Shown one piece after another: positions 19,824-29,193 of a DNA stretch of 64,000 nt. A model generated the notes under the pieces. That model ran no database searches. It was not told where the DNA came from and was given only the letters and a program-made list of their open reading frames with translations. Numbering within the stretch: position 1 is the stretch's first letter; the number at the start of each line of letters is the position of its first letter. The stretch comes from Blastocatellia bacterium (lineage in GTDB: Bacteria > Acidobacteriota > Blastocatellia > UBA7656). The position numbers and the translations under genes are program-made. The stretch is from contig DATENM010000023.1 in assembly GCA_035275065.1 (NCBI GenBank), positions 71,215-135,214 of the forward strand. Direction: 5' to 3'.

Positions 19824-22800
19824 ATGAGTGCCACTAAGGACCTGTCTTTAGACGTCACCCCGCAGCGCGACCGCCGCCCGCGCGAAGCATCCACCGGTAT
19901 GGATTCAAGCATTGGCGCTGGTCAGTCATTATTCGCTCCTGCGGCAGAGCGCGAAGGTGTCCTGCCTCCGTCTAACGGTGTTCCGTCGGCAGCCCGCGCT
20001 GCCAACCTCATGACCGCTGCGGAAACGTTGCCCGATGTCGCTGCTCGCGCACAGATGAGCATCGCTCTCCAACGCAATGTCGGCAACGCACGCATGGGGG
20101 CCATGTTCGGAGCGATGGCCGGACCTAAGGCTTCTCCGCCTGCACCGCCGCCAATTGCTTCGCCTGCGCAGGAGTCGAATCGCCCATCGCCCATACCTTC
20201 AGCAGTACCGGCACAGCCGGTCAGTCCCGCTGTGCCCCCGACCCAAGTGGAACCTGCCAGGCCCACAGCTCTGCCACCAGCAAAGACCGCGCCTGTGCCG
20301 ACTCTGCTCGCGCCGATCTCACCCGCGCCTACATCGCCCGCCGAGGCTCAGACGGTTCCATTCGCAGCGACACCGGCCAAATCGCAAGAGCCGCCCGTGT
20401 CGGCCAAAAAGGCCGCGACTGGAACTGCCGCGACTGAAAAGGCACCCGAGCCTGGCTCAGAAGAATCAGCCAAATCTGTTGAGGCCGCGCAGCCGGCGAA
20501 GAAAGGCTCGACCGCGCGCGGCGCCAAGCCTGGGGAAAAGGCCGAAGCGGGCAAAGCGCAGACGGCTTCCCCCGAAGGCGCGGCAGAAGAAGGCGGATCG
20601 GGCGCAGGGCGCGGCAAAGGCGGACGTTCGGTTCAGCTTAAGATGCCTGAGCCGCCTTCGGACCTGACGCCAGCCGCTCGCCAGCGTGTTCAAAAAGTGA
20701 AGGCATCGGCTGGCCAGGCGGCAGCCTCGCACGCGGCGTTGCCGTCGGCCCCGGAATCGGTGAAGCAGGCGCGCACCGCCGTGACCGAGCCGCAGCAGGA
20801 AGCCAACGCCCACGCGGGCGCAGACCTGGTTGACGCACTAGGACAACGGCCAAAACCGAGCCCGCAGATCGAGGCAATCTGCGCAGAGATCCGACTGGTG
20901 ATCGAGGAGAAGCGCCCACCTGACGAAAAATCGCTGGTCAAGGCTGACCCGGAACAGATGGGACAGGAGGCTGGCGATAAGGTGAAGGGCAATGTGCAGG
21001 GGGACGTGAAGCGCGTCGATCAGAGCTACGACTCGCTTGAGAAGACGCCCACAGGTACGCCGCAGCAGGGCCAGCCGCTTGAAGCTCTGCCCGCCAGTGC
21101 GCCTGTTCCAGCTATGAATGCGTCCCATGCAGCGCCCGACTCAGTGCCAGCGCAGAACGTCTCGCTTAATCAAGACTCCGAAGATGCCAAAGCGCGCATG
21201 GGCGAGGCAGGCATGAACAAAGCGCCTGCCAAACTGGTCCAGACCGGTCCCGTTGCCGAAGCCCGCGCCGCGCAGGGCGAGCTTGAGAAAACCGCCGCCG
21301 AGGACCCGGCCAAGGTGCTGGCCGCGCAGCAGGCATCATTGAGCAAGGCCAGCGCTGATATGGCGGCATTGCAACAACAGGCGCTCAACGCGCTCGCCAC
21401 CTCGCGCAGCAAGACAGTCTCCGGCACGACCGGCCAGCAGAAGCAGATGGTTGGGTCTGAAGAGCAGAAACGTACACAGGTGAGCGCGCAGGCACAGGCT
21501 ATCTTTACGGGTGCTCAAACTCGCGTCAACGGCCTGCTCCAGACGCTCCCGCAAACCGCCATGCAGAAGTGGGACGCGGGGATCACCATCGCCAAACGTC
21601 AGTTCAAACAAGAACTGAAGACGGTCGAGGAGTGGATCGAAAAGCGCCATGAGAGTATCTTAGTCAGTTTTGCGGACCGGCTCTTTGGTCTGCCTCCGTG
21701 GGTCACCGCCAAATACAACATCGCCGAGAAAAACTTCGGCAACGACGTGTGCAACCTTGCGCGCGAGATTTCTATTGAAGTCAACGGCATCATCATGACG
21801 TGCGAGGCGATTATCGCCGATGCACGGACAAAGATCGCAAATCTCTTTGCTTCGCTGCCCGAAAGCCTGCAAGCGTGGGCCGCTGGCGAGCAAGCAAAGC
21901 TTGGCGCGCAGCTCGATACGCTGCAAAATCACGCGCACGAAGTCCGCGACAACTTTGACCGCGAACTCGTAGGCCGCGCCGCGCAGAGCGTGCAGGAAGT
22001 CCGCGAGGAAATCCACGCGCTGCGTGAGAAGGCGAAGGGGTTCCTCGGCAGGCTCGCCGACGCGATTGATCGTTTCGCCCAAGACCCCGCGAAGTTCATC
22101 CTCGAAGGGTTGCTCGACCTGCTCGGCATCCCGCCCGCCTCGTTCTGGGCGGTGGTGGCGAAGATACAGAAGGTCATCGGCGACATAGCGGACGATCCTG
22201 AGAAGTTCGCCAACAATCTCATGGCCGCCGTCGGCAAGGGGTTCACACAGTTCTTCGACAACATCCTTGACCACCTGCTGCACGGCTTCCTCGATTGGCT
22301 GACGGGCGGGCTGGCGGCGGCCGGCGTCACGCTCCCGAAGGACCTGTCGCTCAAGAGCATCATCACATTCGTCCTGGAGTTGATGGGCATTACGTGGCCG
22401 CGCATTCGAAAACTTCTTGCGAAACACATTGGCGAAGAGAACGTCGCGCTGCTTGAAAAGGCCTATTCCATCGTCGCCAACCTGGTCGCGCTGGGGCCTG
22501 AGGGCATCTTCGAGATGATCAAGGAGAAGTTGAACCCGCAGGAGATTCTCGATCAGATCATCAAGGCGGCAGTAGATTACATGATGAGCGCCATCATCAA
22601 GGCCGTGAGCGCGCGCATCCTCCTGCTGTTCAACCCGGTGGGCGCAATCCTTCAGGCGATTGAGGCAATCTACAAAGTTCTCAAGTGGATCTTCACAAAC
22701 GCGGCGCGCATATTCCGATTGATCGAAACCATCGTGAACGGGATCGCGGACATCATCGCGGGCAACATCGGCGGCATGGCCAACGCTGTCGAGAAAGCAC

Positions 22801-24131
22801 TCGCCGGTCTCATCGCGCCGGTGATAGATTTCCTCGCAGACTACCTCGGCTTCGGCGACCTCCCGAATAAGGTGAAGGAGACTATCCTCGGCTTCCAGGC
22901 GTGGATCGAAGGAATACTCGACCAGGTGATCGGCTGGCTTGTAGAGAAGGGCAAAGCTCTGCTTAAGGCCGTCGGGCTGGGTGGCAAGGAGGGCGAGAAA
23001 AAGCCGGACGAAGGAGAAGTCGGTGAGTCGGTCGCATTTACCGCCGGCGGTGAGCAGCACCGGCTCTGGATTGCGGTTAAGGGCGGCAACGCCGTCATCA
23101 TGCTCGCCAGCGGAGCAGCCGCTCTACTTGACTTCTTGAATAGCGAGCGCGTACAGAAGGCCGTCGATAGTGACGACCAGAAGCCTGCGGATAAAAAGAT
23201 CAAAGACAAGGTGCCACGCGCCAGGGAGCTAGCCAACGAGGCCGATGTTGATGCGGAAAAAGTACTGAGTTTCATGTCGGGGCAAAAAGAGGACGAGGCC
23301 ACGCAAGAGAACAAGAAGGTCAAAACCGTGGAACACCAACTGGCGAACCTATTGACCGACATCCTGGGCGCGATCTCGAAGGACGGACTCACTATTTTTG
23401 ATGTTATAGGGAAGCCGATTGACCCGCTGCCCGAACAGCCGAAGCCAGAAGGATATGTATTTGTAATAAGCCATGGGTTTAAAGAATTGCAGCGAGCGGC
23501 GGGTAGGGGTAAGGAAGGTCCAGAACAATACCCTCAGGTCCACGTCGATGAGGTGGGGATAGTAAAGTCAGGTGCGGGAATACTTCGCTATGATTACGAC
23601 CTCGTCAAGAGGTATAATGCTGCGCTTACGAGGGCGAAGCTGGATGGGGACGAAGCGCCGGGCAATCCAGAAATGCCAGTAAACATGCTTGTGAGCGGCG
23701 CTAATAAACCACCGCATTTTAATGAAGGCATCCGTGCTCAGATGGAGCAACTCATTAGGGAGGTCGACGGCGGACAGAATGTTACCGGTGTAGAAGTAAT
23801 GCTTGGCCGCAAGCGAATCGATTACACGATAACAGTTGATAGGGGTGAAGGGGTAGAGAACGCGCTGGTCGAGTATAAACACTGGACCGGTAATTTGAAG
23901 GATGAGCGGCGCGCAGAGTTAGCCGCAAAACTCTTGACGCAATTGACAGCCTATGTCGATCACGCGCGGACCGGGGGTAATGATTATCGACGTCTGATTA
24001 TCGCGTGGCCGGCATTCTCCAGGTTGGACGCTACCAGCCAAGCCGCGTTCAACAATGTGTTTGAAGCTGTAAAGAAGCATAGCGACAGCAAGCCCGCGAA
24101 CGAAAAGGTCACGATTGAGATTAAGAATTGA
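19824..24131 (+). CDS. Large candidate eCIS cargo protein or effector
   Basis: 1435 aa from MSATKDL, with a GAAGGG RBS. It has IALQRNVGNARM near residue 80 and a ~250-aa P/A-rich segment. The C-terminus has ...TVDRGEGVENALVEYKHW (a D-x13-EYK arrangement). The last ~0.7 kb has visibly lower GC. Confidence 0.45.
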   Translation: MSATKDLSLDVTPQRDRRPREASTGMDSSIGAGQSLFAPAAEREGVLPPSNGVPSAARAANLMTAAETLPDVAARAQMSIALQRNVGNARMGAMFGAMAGPKASPPAPPPIASPAQESNRPSPIPSAVPAQPVSPAVPPTQVEPARPTALPPAKTAPVPTLLAPISPAPTSPAEAQTVPFAATPAKSQEPPVSAKKAATGTAATEKAPEPGSEESAKSVEAAQPAKKGSTARGAKPGEKAEAGKAQTASPEGAAEEGGSGAGRGKGGRSVQLKMPEPPSDLTPAARQRVQKVKASAGQAAASHAALPSAPESVKQARTAVTEPQQEANAHAGADLVDALGQRPKPSPQIEAICAEIRLVIEEKRPPDEKSLVKADPEQMGQEAGDKVKGNVQGDVKRVDQSYDSLEKTPTGTPQQGQPLEALPASAPVPAMNASHAAPDSVPAQNVSLNQDSEDAKARMGEAGMNKAPAKLVQTGPVAEARAAQGELEKTAAEDPAKVLAAQQASLSKASADMAALQQQALNALATSRSKTVSGTTGQQKQMVGSEEQKRTQVSAQAQAIFTGAQTRVNGLLQTLPQTAMQKWDAGITIAKRQFKQELKTVEEWIEKRHESILVSFADRLFGLPPWVTAKYNIAEKNFGNDVCNLAREISIEVNGIIMTCEAIIADARTKIANLFASLPESLQAWAAGEQAKLGAQLDTLQNHAHEVRDNFDRELVGRAAQSVQEVREEIHALREKAKGFLGRLADAIDRFAQDPAKFILEGLLDLLGIPPASFWAVVAKIQKVIGDIADDPEKFANNLMAAVGKGFTQFFDNILDHLLHGFLDWLTGGLAAAGVTLPKDLSLKSIITFVLELMGITWPRIRKLLAKHIGEENVALLEKAYSIVANLVALGPEGIFEMIKEKLNPQEILDQIIKAAVDYMMSAIIKAVSARILLLFNPVGAILQAIEAIYKVLKWIFTNAARIFRLIETIVNGIADIIAGNIGGMANAVEKALAGLIAPVIDFLADYLGFGDLPNKVKETILGFQAWIEGILDQVIGWLVEKGKALLKAVGLGGKEGEKKPDEGEVGESVAFTAGGEQHRLWIAVKGGNAVIMLASGAAALLDFLNSERVQKAVDSDDQKPADKKIKDKVPRARELANEADVDAEKVLSFMSGQKEDEATQENKKVKTVEHQLANLLTDILGAISKDGLTIFDVIGKPIDPLPEQPKPEGYVFVISHGFKELQRAAGRGKEGPEQYPQVHVDEVGIVKSGAGILRYDYDLVKRYNAALTRAKLDGDEAPGNPEMPVNMLVSGANKPPHFNEGIRAQMEQLIREVDGGQNVTGVEVMLGRKRIDYTITVDRGEGVENALVEYKHWTGNLKDERRAELAAKLLTQLTAYVDHARTGGNDYRRLIIAWPAFSRLDATSQAAFNNVFEAVKKHSDSKPANEKVTIEIKN

Positions 24132-24140
24132 GTCTGCGAA

Positions 24141-24869
24141 ATGATAGACATGTTAGAGATAGATACACTGATTGGAGGGTCGCTTTATTTTCAGCAACCA
24201 CTTTCATCCAAGGATGGTCTCCGCCTGATTAAGCTCGCAATCGAAGGGCTAGGCCCGTACATGGGTGTGCCATTTAAGGCATACCTTGACCACCAGTCTG
24301 ACATACTTACCAAACAGGACGCAGCCGCATTTGAAGCGAGCGGACAGGCAATTATCTTCAACCATGAGCCACTGGCTCGCGAAATGAATAGATCGACCTT
24401 CTTCCTGACCCACTCTTACCTTGGCACGCATCCGGACGTGAAACAGATTCGCGTATACCCGTCTGTGATTGCCAGTGGGCCGGAACTAGATCGGGTTTGG
24501 GATTTCATGACAGATGTGATGCCACGATTCGTCGAAGCTACTCAACCCGGTCTCGCCATGGCTACAGGCTCGCCCGAAGAGGATGATTATACTGAATACC
24601 TTCCGAACGCTGCGGAGATACATCCGGGAGAACTGCCGCCTTTTTTTACCCCCTGGAACTACATAGGCCCCGATTGCCTGACGCAAGAGCGGCGGCGCTT
24701 TCTCGACCGGCTCCCCGCAACGCGGTCTGAGCCGTTCGGCGAGGGGTGGCTACTACAGGTGGTCAGGAGCCTTTCGCAATGGCCGAGCCCTGAGTTTCTA
24801 GAAAGATTGCGTTCGGCTCCCAACCCACAACCGGTCGGCTACCGCCAGCCCAGAATAGATGAGCAATGA
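24141..24869 (+). CDS. Hypothetical protein downstream of the candidate effector (possible immunity, chaperone or cap protein)
   Basis: 242-aa ORF with lower GC than the structural genes and no recognisable domain. Confidence 0.4.
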   Translation: MIDMLEIDTLIGGSLYFQQPLSSKDGLRLIKLAIEGLGPYMGVPFKAYLDHQSDILTKQDAAAFEASGQAIIFNHEPLAREMNRSTFFLTHSYLGTHPDVKQIRVYPSVIASGPELDRVWDFMTDVMPRFVEATQPGLAMATGSPEEDDYTEYLPNAAEIHPGELPPFFTPWNYIGPDCLTQERRRFLDRLPATRSEPFGEGWLLQVVRSLSQWPSPEFLERLRSAPNPQPVGYRQPRIDEQ

Positions 24870-25201
24870 CGTTGGCGAATTTCAGTCTTTGGACAGACAC
24901 CGCCCGCACGCGGTTCTTCCTTATCCCTGACGACAAGCAATTTCCACTCGGTGACTTCGTGCTGCGCACGCTCACGGGCCGGGAGATGGAGGTTGACCCA
25001 ACCGCTCTGGCTGAGTACGAAATAAGCGAGCAGGAAGCAAAGGGATGGCTCAAGGGCGAATTCGGCAAGATGCTTGACGGCGCGCGGGCAGTAGCAGATC
25101 GGTTCATCGAGAAACTGAGACAGGGGCCGCCAGGGCCGGCCGAAGATAAGAAAACAGAAGATAAGAAAATGACAGACACGAAAGAATCAGGCGACTCGTG
25201 A
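24866..25201 (+). CDS. Small hypothetical protein with an acidic, Lys/Glu-rich C-terminal tail
   Basis: 111-aa ORF that overlaps the previous stop. There is no domain call. Confidence 0.35.
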   Translation: MTLANFSLWTDTARTRFFLIPDDKQFPLGDFVLRTLTGREMEVDPTALAEYEISEQEAKGWLKGEFGKMLDGARAVADRFIEKLRQGPPGPAEDKKTEDKKMTDTKESGDS

Positions 25202-25239
25202 CCTGGCAGCCTGCCATCAGCGTGCGCGACTTCGAGTCG

Positions 25240-26571
25240 TTAGGGCAGGTCGGTGCTGCGCAGAATCTTGTAACGATTCATCTTTCTATAAAGAGTCATC
25301 CTTGACCAGTGGAGCTTGTCGGCAGCGCGCGTCTTGTTCCAGTTCGTTGCGACAAGCGCCTGGATCATAAGCTCTCGCTCGTTGGGGTTGGCAGAGGTTA
25401 TCTCTGATATGTGTTTCTTGACCTGCTCCGGAAGATCGACGATATCTATTATCCTGCCCTGAAGATTGACGAAGATTGCTTCGACCACGTTCTTAAGCTC
25501 CCGGACATTCCCCGGCCAGCTATGCGACATAAGTAAATTCATGGCTTCGCCGGTAAATCCTTCAACGTGCATGCTAAACGATTGGTTCATTGCCTTGACG
25601 TAATAGGTAAGCAGCTTTGGGATGTCTTCGGTGCGATCTTTCAGCGATGGCAGTTGCATGCGAATCACATTCAGGCGGTAGTAGAGGTCCTGGCGGAAGC
25701 GTTTCTGCTCGACCGCTGCATCGAGATCCTGATTAGTGGCCGCAAGGATTCGCACACTCAAAGGCAAGGGCTTGTTGCTTCCCAATCTGTAAATCTCCTT
25801 GCCGTCTAAGGCGCGCAGCAGCTTGGCCTGGACTGAGGAACTGATGTCTCCGATCTCGTCGAAAAAGATCGTCCCCGTATTGGCGAGCGCCAGCTTGCCT
25901 TGGTAAGCGTATTGCGCTCCGGTAAAAGCTCCCTTCTCATGCCCGAAGAGCTCGCTTTCGAGCAACGAATCGGGAATGGCTGCACTGTTCAAGCAGACAA
26001 AAGGCTTGTTGGAGCGGGGGCTGTTTGCGTGAATCAACTCGGCTACGAGCTCTTTGCCCGTGCCCGTTTCGCCCGTAATCAAGACATTGCTTGTCCACTT
26101 GCGCAATTTGTTAATGAGAGCCCGCAAGTCACAAACCGCCGGGCTATTACCGATCAGCCGCTCGCCCCATCGTAATGCGCAACTCTGCTCAATTTTGGCG
26201 ATGGGTTCTCTATCGCCGGAAAGTAACTCCGCGAGGATCGTTATGATCTGTTGATCGGAAAGTGGAGGTTTAAGATAACGATTTACTCCGGCGTTCAGGG
26301 CCTCAATCGCCATCTCCTCGGAACTCTCGGCCACGGCCAATACGATAGGGACTTCCATTTTCAACGCACGGACCTGGCGGACGAATTCGAGCGCTGGCTT
26401 GGCCTTGCCCGGCGGCACGCTGATAATAGCCACGTCGGGTATCAAGGAAGAGAGGAGCTTCAACGCGTCGGCGCAATCCGAGGAATGCAATACCTGAAAG
26501 CCTTGCCGTGAAATCAGGCTTGCTATGACCGGGCGTGCAGATTCAATGACCATGATTTTGGAATCAGTCAT
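25240..26571 (-). CDS. Sigma-54-dependent transcriptional regulator (NtrC family enhancer-binding protein) with an atypical receiver domain
   Basis: Walker A is GETGTGKE and the GAFTGA motif is present, with a C-terminal HTH. The N-terminal receiver-like domain has Ser where the phospho-accepting Asp is expected (PDVAIISVPPG). Confidence 0.85.
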   Translation of the reverse strand: MTDSKIMVIESARPVIASLISRQGFQVLHSSDCADALKLLSSLIPDVAIISVPPGKAKPALEFVRQVRALKMEVPIVLAVAESSEEMAIEALNAGVNRYLKPPLSDQQIITILAELLSGDREPIAKIEQSCALRWGERLIGNSPAVCDLRALINKLRKWTSNVLITGETGTGKELVAELIHANSPRSNKPFVCLNSAAIPDSLLESELFGHEKGAFTGAQYAYQGKLALANTGTIFFDEIGDISSSVQAKLLRALDGKEIYRLGSNKPLPLSVRILAATNQDLDAAVEQKRFRQDLYYRLNVIRMQLPSLKDRTEDIPKLLTYYVKAMNQSFSMHVEGFTGEAMNLLMSHSWPGNVRELKNVVEAIFVNLQGRIIDIVDLPEQVKKHISEITSANPNERELMIQALVATNWNKTRAADKLHWSRMTLYRKMNRYKILRSTDLP

Positions 26572-26589
26572 GACAGGCTTCTCCTCTCC

Positions 26590-27113
26590 ATGGCCGAAGA
26601 CCTCCGCCGCAGAGGCGAGTTGGACTTACCCGAATGCTTGATTGACGGCGCCTTCATGGTCGCCAAAAAAGGGGCGGCAAAGTCGGAAAGACCAGGCGGG
26701 GCAAGGGGACTACGCGAGTGGCAGACTCTGCCGGTCTCGCTGTCGCCGCCTACACTCAATCTGCTAGCCCGTATGGGGTCACCCTTGTGACCAAAACTCT
26801 CGTTGAACGCTTTATCGCTGAGCAGCCTGAAGGATGGATCGGCGATAAAGCCTGCGACTCTGACCCGCTGGATGCGGAGCTTGAGGCGCTCGACATTGAA
26901 ATGATCGCGCCGCACAAGAGCAACCGCCAGAAGGCGAAGACGCAAGACGGGCGGAGGTTGCGGCGCTACGGGCGGCGCGGGAAAGCCGAGCGGCTGTTTG
27001 CGTGGTTGCAAAACCACCGGCGGGGATTGGGGCGTTATGCGTATCATGATGCGAACCACTTGGGCTTCGCCCATCTCGGCTGCGTCCTGATCTTACTCAG
27101 GGCTTATTTTTGA
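26590..27113 (+). mobile_element. Degraded IS5-family (IS427-group, DDE_Tnp_1) transposase remnant; frameshifted and N-terminally truncated
   Basis: Two frames carry transposase-like segments: ...DGAFMVAKKGAAK... and ...VERFIAEQPEGWIGDKACDSD...IAPHKSNRQ...GKAERLFAWLQNHRR...HLGFAHLGCVLILLRAY. There is no intact ORF. It is followed by a lower-GC tract at 27114-27470. Confidence 0.6.
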
Positions 27114-27472
27114 GATAGCTTGAAACTACGGTGAAGCGTTTCATGAGTTGAGGAGCTGAAACATTACCGTGGCGGCCATTGTGTTTGTTTAGCTTCGGCC
27201 GCCTGTAGCGAAGCATACGATATAACTATTTCCCCTGGAATATACACCGATTGGCTTTGTTTAACAATCCCGCAGCTGCCATAAAGCACCGGGCCTTAAA
27301 GGGGTATCGCGACGAAACGGCTCATAGATGACGACACCATCAGCGATCTGTTTGAGCAAATCAAGAAATGGGGAGCTCATAGCAGCGCCATTGTAACCTG
27401 TTGCTAGAATCGTATAGAAGCGGAGCGCCGGTATTGCTTCGACGAGCCACCCTTAGGTAGCGAATTGGATTT

Positions 27473-28387
27473 CTATTTATCTCGCTTTTCTTTCAGGAAG
27501 GTTCCCTCCTGCAATTCGGTGAATGCCTGGCGCAGTTGTTCCTGTGTGTTCATTACAATCGGGCCGTACCAGGCGACCGGCTCTTCAAGCGGCTTTCCAG
27601 AAACCAGCAGGAAGCGGATTCCGTCATCGCCAGCTTGCACCGCAACTTCGTCGCCGCGATCAAAGAGGATCAGCGAGCGGTTGTCCGCCTCTACGGGAGG
27701 AGAAGTGTCCAGCCACTTGATTGCCTCGGTCGGCACAGCGAGCGGCTCCGAAGCATTGCAGAATTTTCCGCTGCCGGCAAAAACATAAGCGAAGGCGTGG
27801 CGCGCGGTCTCAACGGGAAGCGTTTTTCGCCGGCCCGCAGAGACCGACACGTCAAGGTAAATCGGATCAGCGGCGACGCCATTGACAGGGCCGGTTTTCC
27901 CCCAGAAGCTGCCGCAGATGACGCGCACGTGTGTGCCATCGTCATCTGTGACCTCTGGAATGTCTGCGGCCTTCACTTCTTGATAACGCGGGGCAGTCAT
28001 CTTCAGAGCGGACGGCAGATTGCCCCATAACTGAAACCCATGCATCCGCCCCGCCGGATCGCCCTTTGGCATCTCCTGATGAATGATCCCGCTGCCGGCG
28101 GTCATCCACTGCACATCACCGGCACCGATGACTCCATTGTTGCCCATGCTATCGCCATGCTCGACGGTTCCCGCCAACACATAGGTGATGGTCTCGATGC
28201 CGCGATGCGGGTGCCACGGAAATCCTGCCAGATAGTCCTCTGGGACATCGTTGCGGAAATCATCAAGCAAGAGGAAGGGGTCAAAGTCCTTGGTATTGCC
28301 AAAACCGAATGCCCGACGCAGATGCACACCGGCACCTTCGAGCGTCGGTTTCGACTTGCTCAATCGCTTAACAGGTCGGATTGACAT
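27473..28387 (-). CDS. Pirin-family cupin protein
   Basis: HPHRGIETITYVLAGTVEHGDSMGN matches the pirin N-terminal cupin signature. 304 aa. Confidence 0.85.
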   Translation of the reverse strand: MSIRPVKRLSKSKPTLEGAGVHLRRAFGFGNTKDFDPFLLLDDFRNDVPEDYLAGFPWHPHRGIETITYVLAGTVEHGDSMGNNGVIGAGDVQWMTAGSGIIHQEMPKGDPAGRMHGFQLWGNLPSALKMTAPRYQEVKAADIPEVTDDDGTHVRVICGSFWGKTGPVNGVAADPIYLDVSVSAGRRKTLPVETARHAFAYVFAGSGKFCNASEPLAVPTEAIKWLDTSPPVEADNRSLILFDRGDEVAVQAGDDGIRFLLVSGKPLEEPVAWYGPIVMNTQEQLRQAFTELQEGTFLKEKRDK

Positions 28388-28594
28388 CTGAACTCCTCCG
28401 CAGAATATCTCTGCTAATTAAGGTAGAATCCTGCCGCGTCCTGGGTGGAGGGCCGACGAGGATGTTGTGTGTGATAGAAATGCTTTGTTGCATGCTTATT
28501 CTTCGATGCGCCGCAGCCGCCAACATGATTCTTACCATCCTATGGACGACGAAGCAAAAGAGGTAGGGTAACGCCGCGGCATCAGCGAAGCGCA

Positions 28595-28670
28595 ATACCA
28601 CTATAGGGGGATGCTCCCATACTCTTTAAAGTGGTAGCGAAAAACCATTCGTTTTGGTGATGTACTGCTC
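28595..28670 (+). repeat. Intergenic element copy A, subtype A/D (TACCAC...GTGGTAGCGAAAAACCATTCGTTTTGGTGATGT), upstream of the SRPBCC gene
   Basis: Direct alignment with copy D gives about 75% identity over about 70 nt. It contains the inverted repeat TACCAC/GTGGTA around a ~30-nt spacer. Confidence 0.7.
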
Positions 28671-28725
28671 GCCCCGGGCGCTCATAATCAGAAACGATGT
28701 GACACCACCCAAGTAAGGAGAACAC

Positions 28726-29187
28726 ATGTCAACGATTCACCTCCACCAGACAACCACCTTGACGCCCGAGCAGTACGTCGCCGGGCTCACAGACTTCGGG
28801 CCTGGCCGCGCGAAGCTCTTTGGCAACAGCGCTGACGAGTACCTCAAGGTGCATGATCAGGGCCGCACGCAGGCCGACGTGACGGAAGGCTCAGGCGGCA
28901 TCTGGGAACGCCTGCATTACGACTGGTCCGATCCTAACCGCGTCGTCCTCACAACGACCGACTCCAACTTGTGGGGAGGCGCGTCGGGCCACACTTACAC
29001 CTTCACGCGTCGGCCCGACGGCATGACCGACATTGACGTGGTCGTCGTACGCGACGGCAAGAATCTCAAGGGGCGGCTGCTCGGCTTCGTGGTCGGGACC
29101 ATCGGCAAGGGCGTTTTGGAAAAGGCGTTTAAGAACTCCGTCAAAGCCCTCGAAGCCCGGAACAGCGAGAGGAAAATGCATGCCTAA
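28726..29187 (+). CDS. SRPBCC (polyketide cyclase / START-like) family protein
   Basis: 153-aa ORF whose composition and length fit the SRPBCC fold. There is no sharper call. Confidence 0.5.
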   Translation: MSTIHLHQTTTLTPEQYVAGLTDFGPGRAKLFGNSADEYLKVHDQGRTQADVTEGSGGIWERLHYDWSDPNRVVLTTTDSNLWGGASGHTYTFTRRPDGMTDIDVVVVRDGKNLKGRLLGFVVGTIGKGVLEKAFKNSVKALEARNSERKMHA

Positions 29188-29193
29188 ACGGGC

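Noticed and set aside
20077-20992. Multiple overlapping ORFs of 90-200 aa in several frames inside 20.0-21.0 kb (Arg/Pro-rich translations)
   Set aside because: These are artefacts of the GC-rich, Pro/Ala-coding, low-complexity linker of the large effector candidate. They are not independent genes.
25202-25239. A TGGCAGCCTGCCA palindrome between the convergent eCIS and EBP genes, as a possible bidirectional terminator
   Set aside because: The stem is short and there is no U-tract. It is plausible, but too weak to call as a feature.
27114-27472. A short minus-strand frame (MSSPFLDLLKQIADGVV...) in the AT-rich tract, considered as a second transposase fragment
   Set aside because: It is under 45 codons and has no convincing transposase motif. 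It is on the opposite strand to the IS5 remnant.
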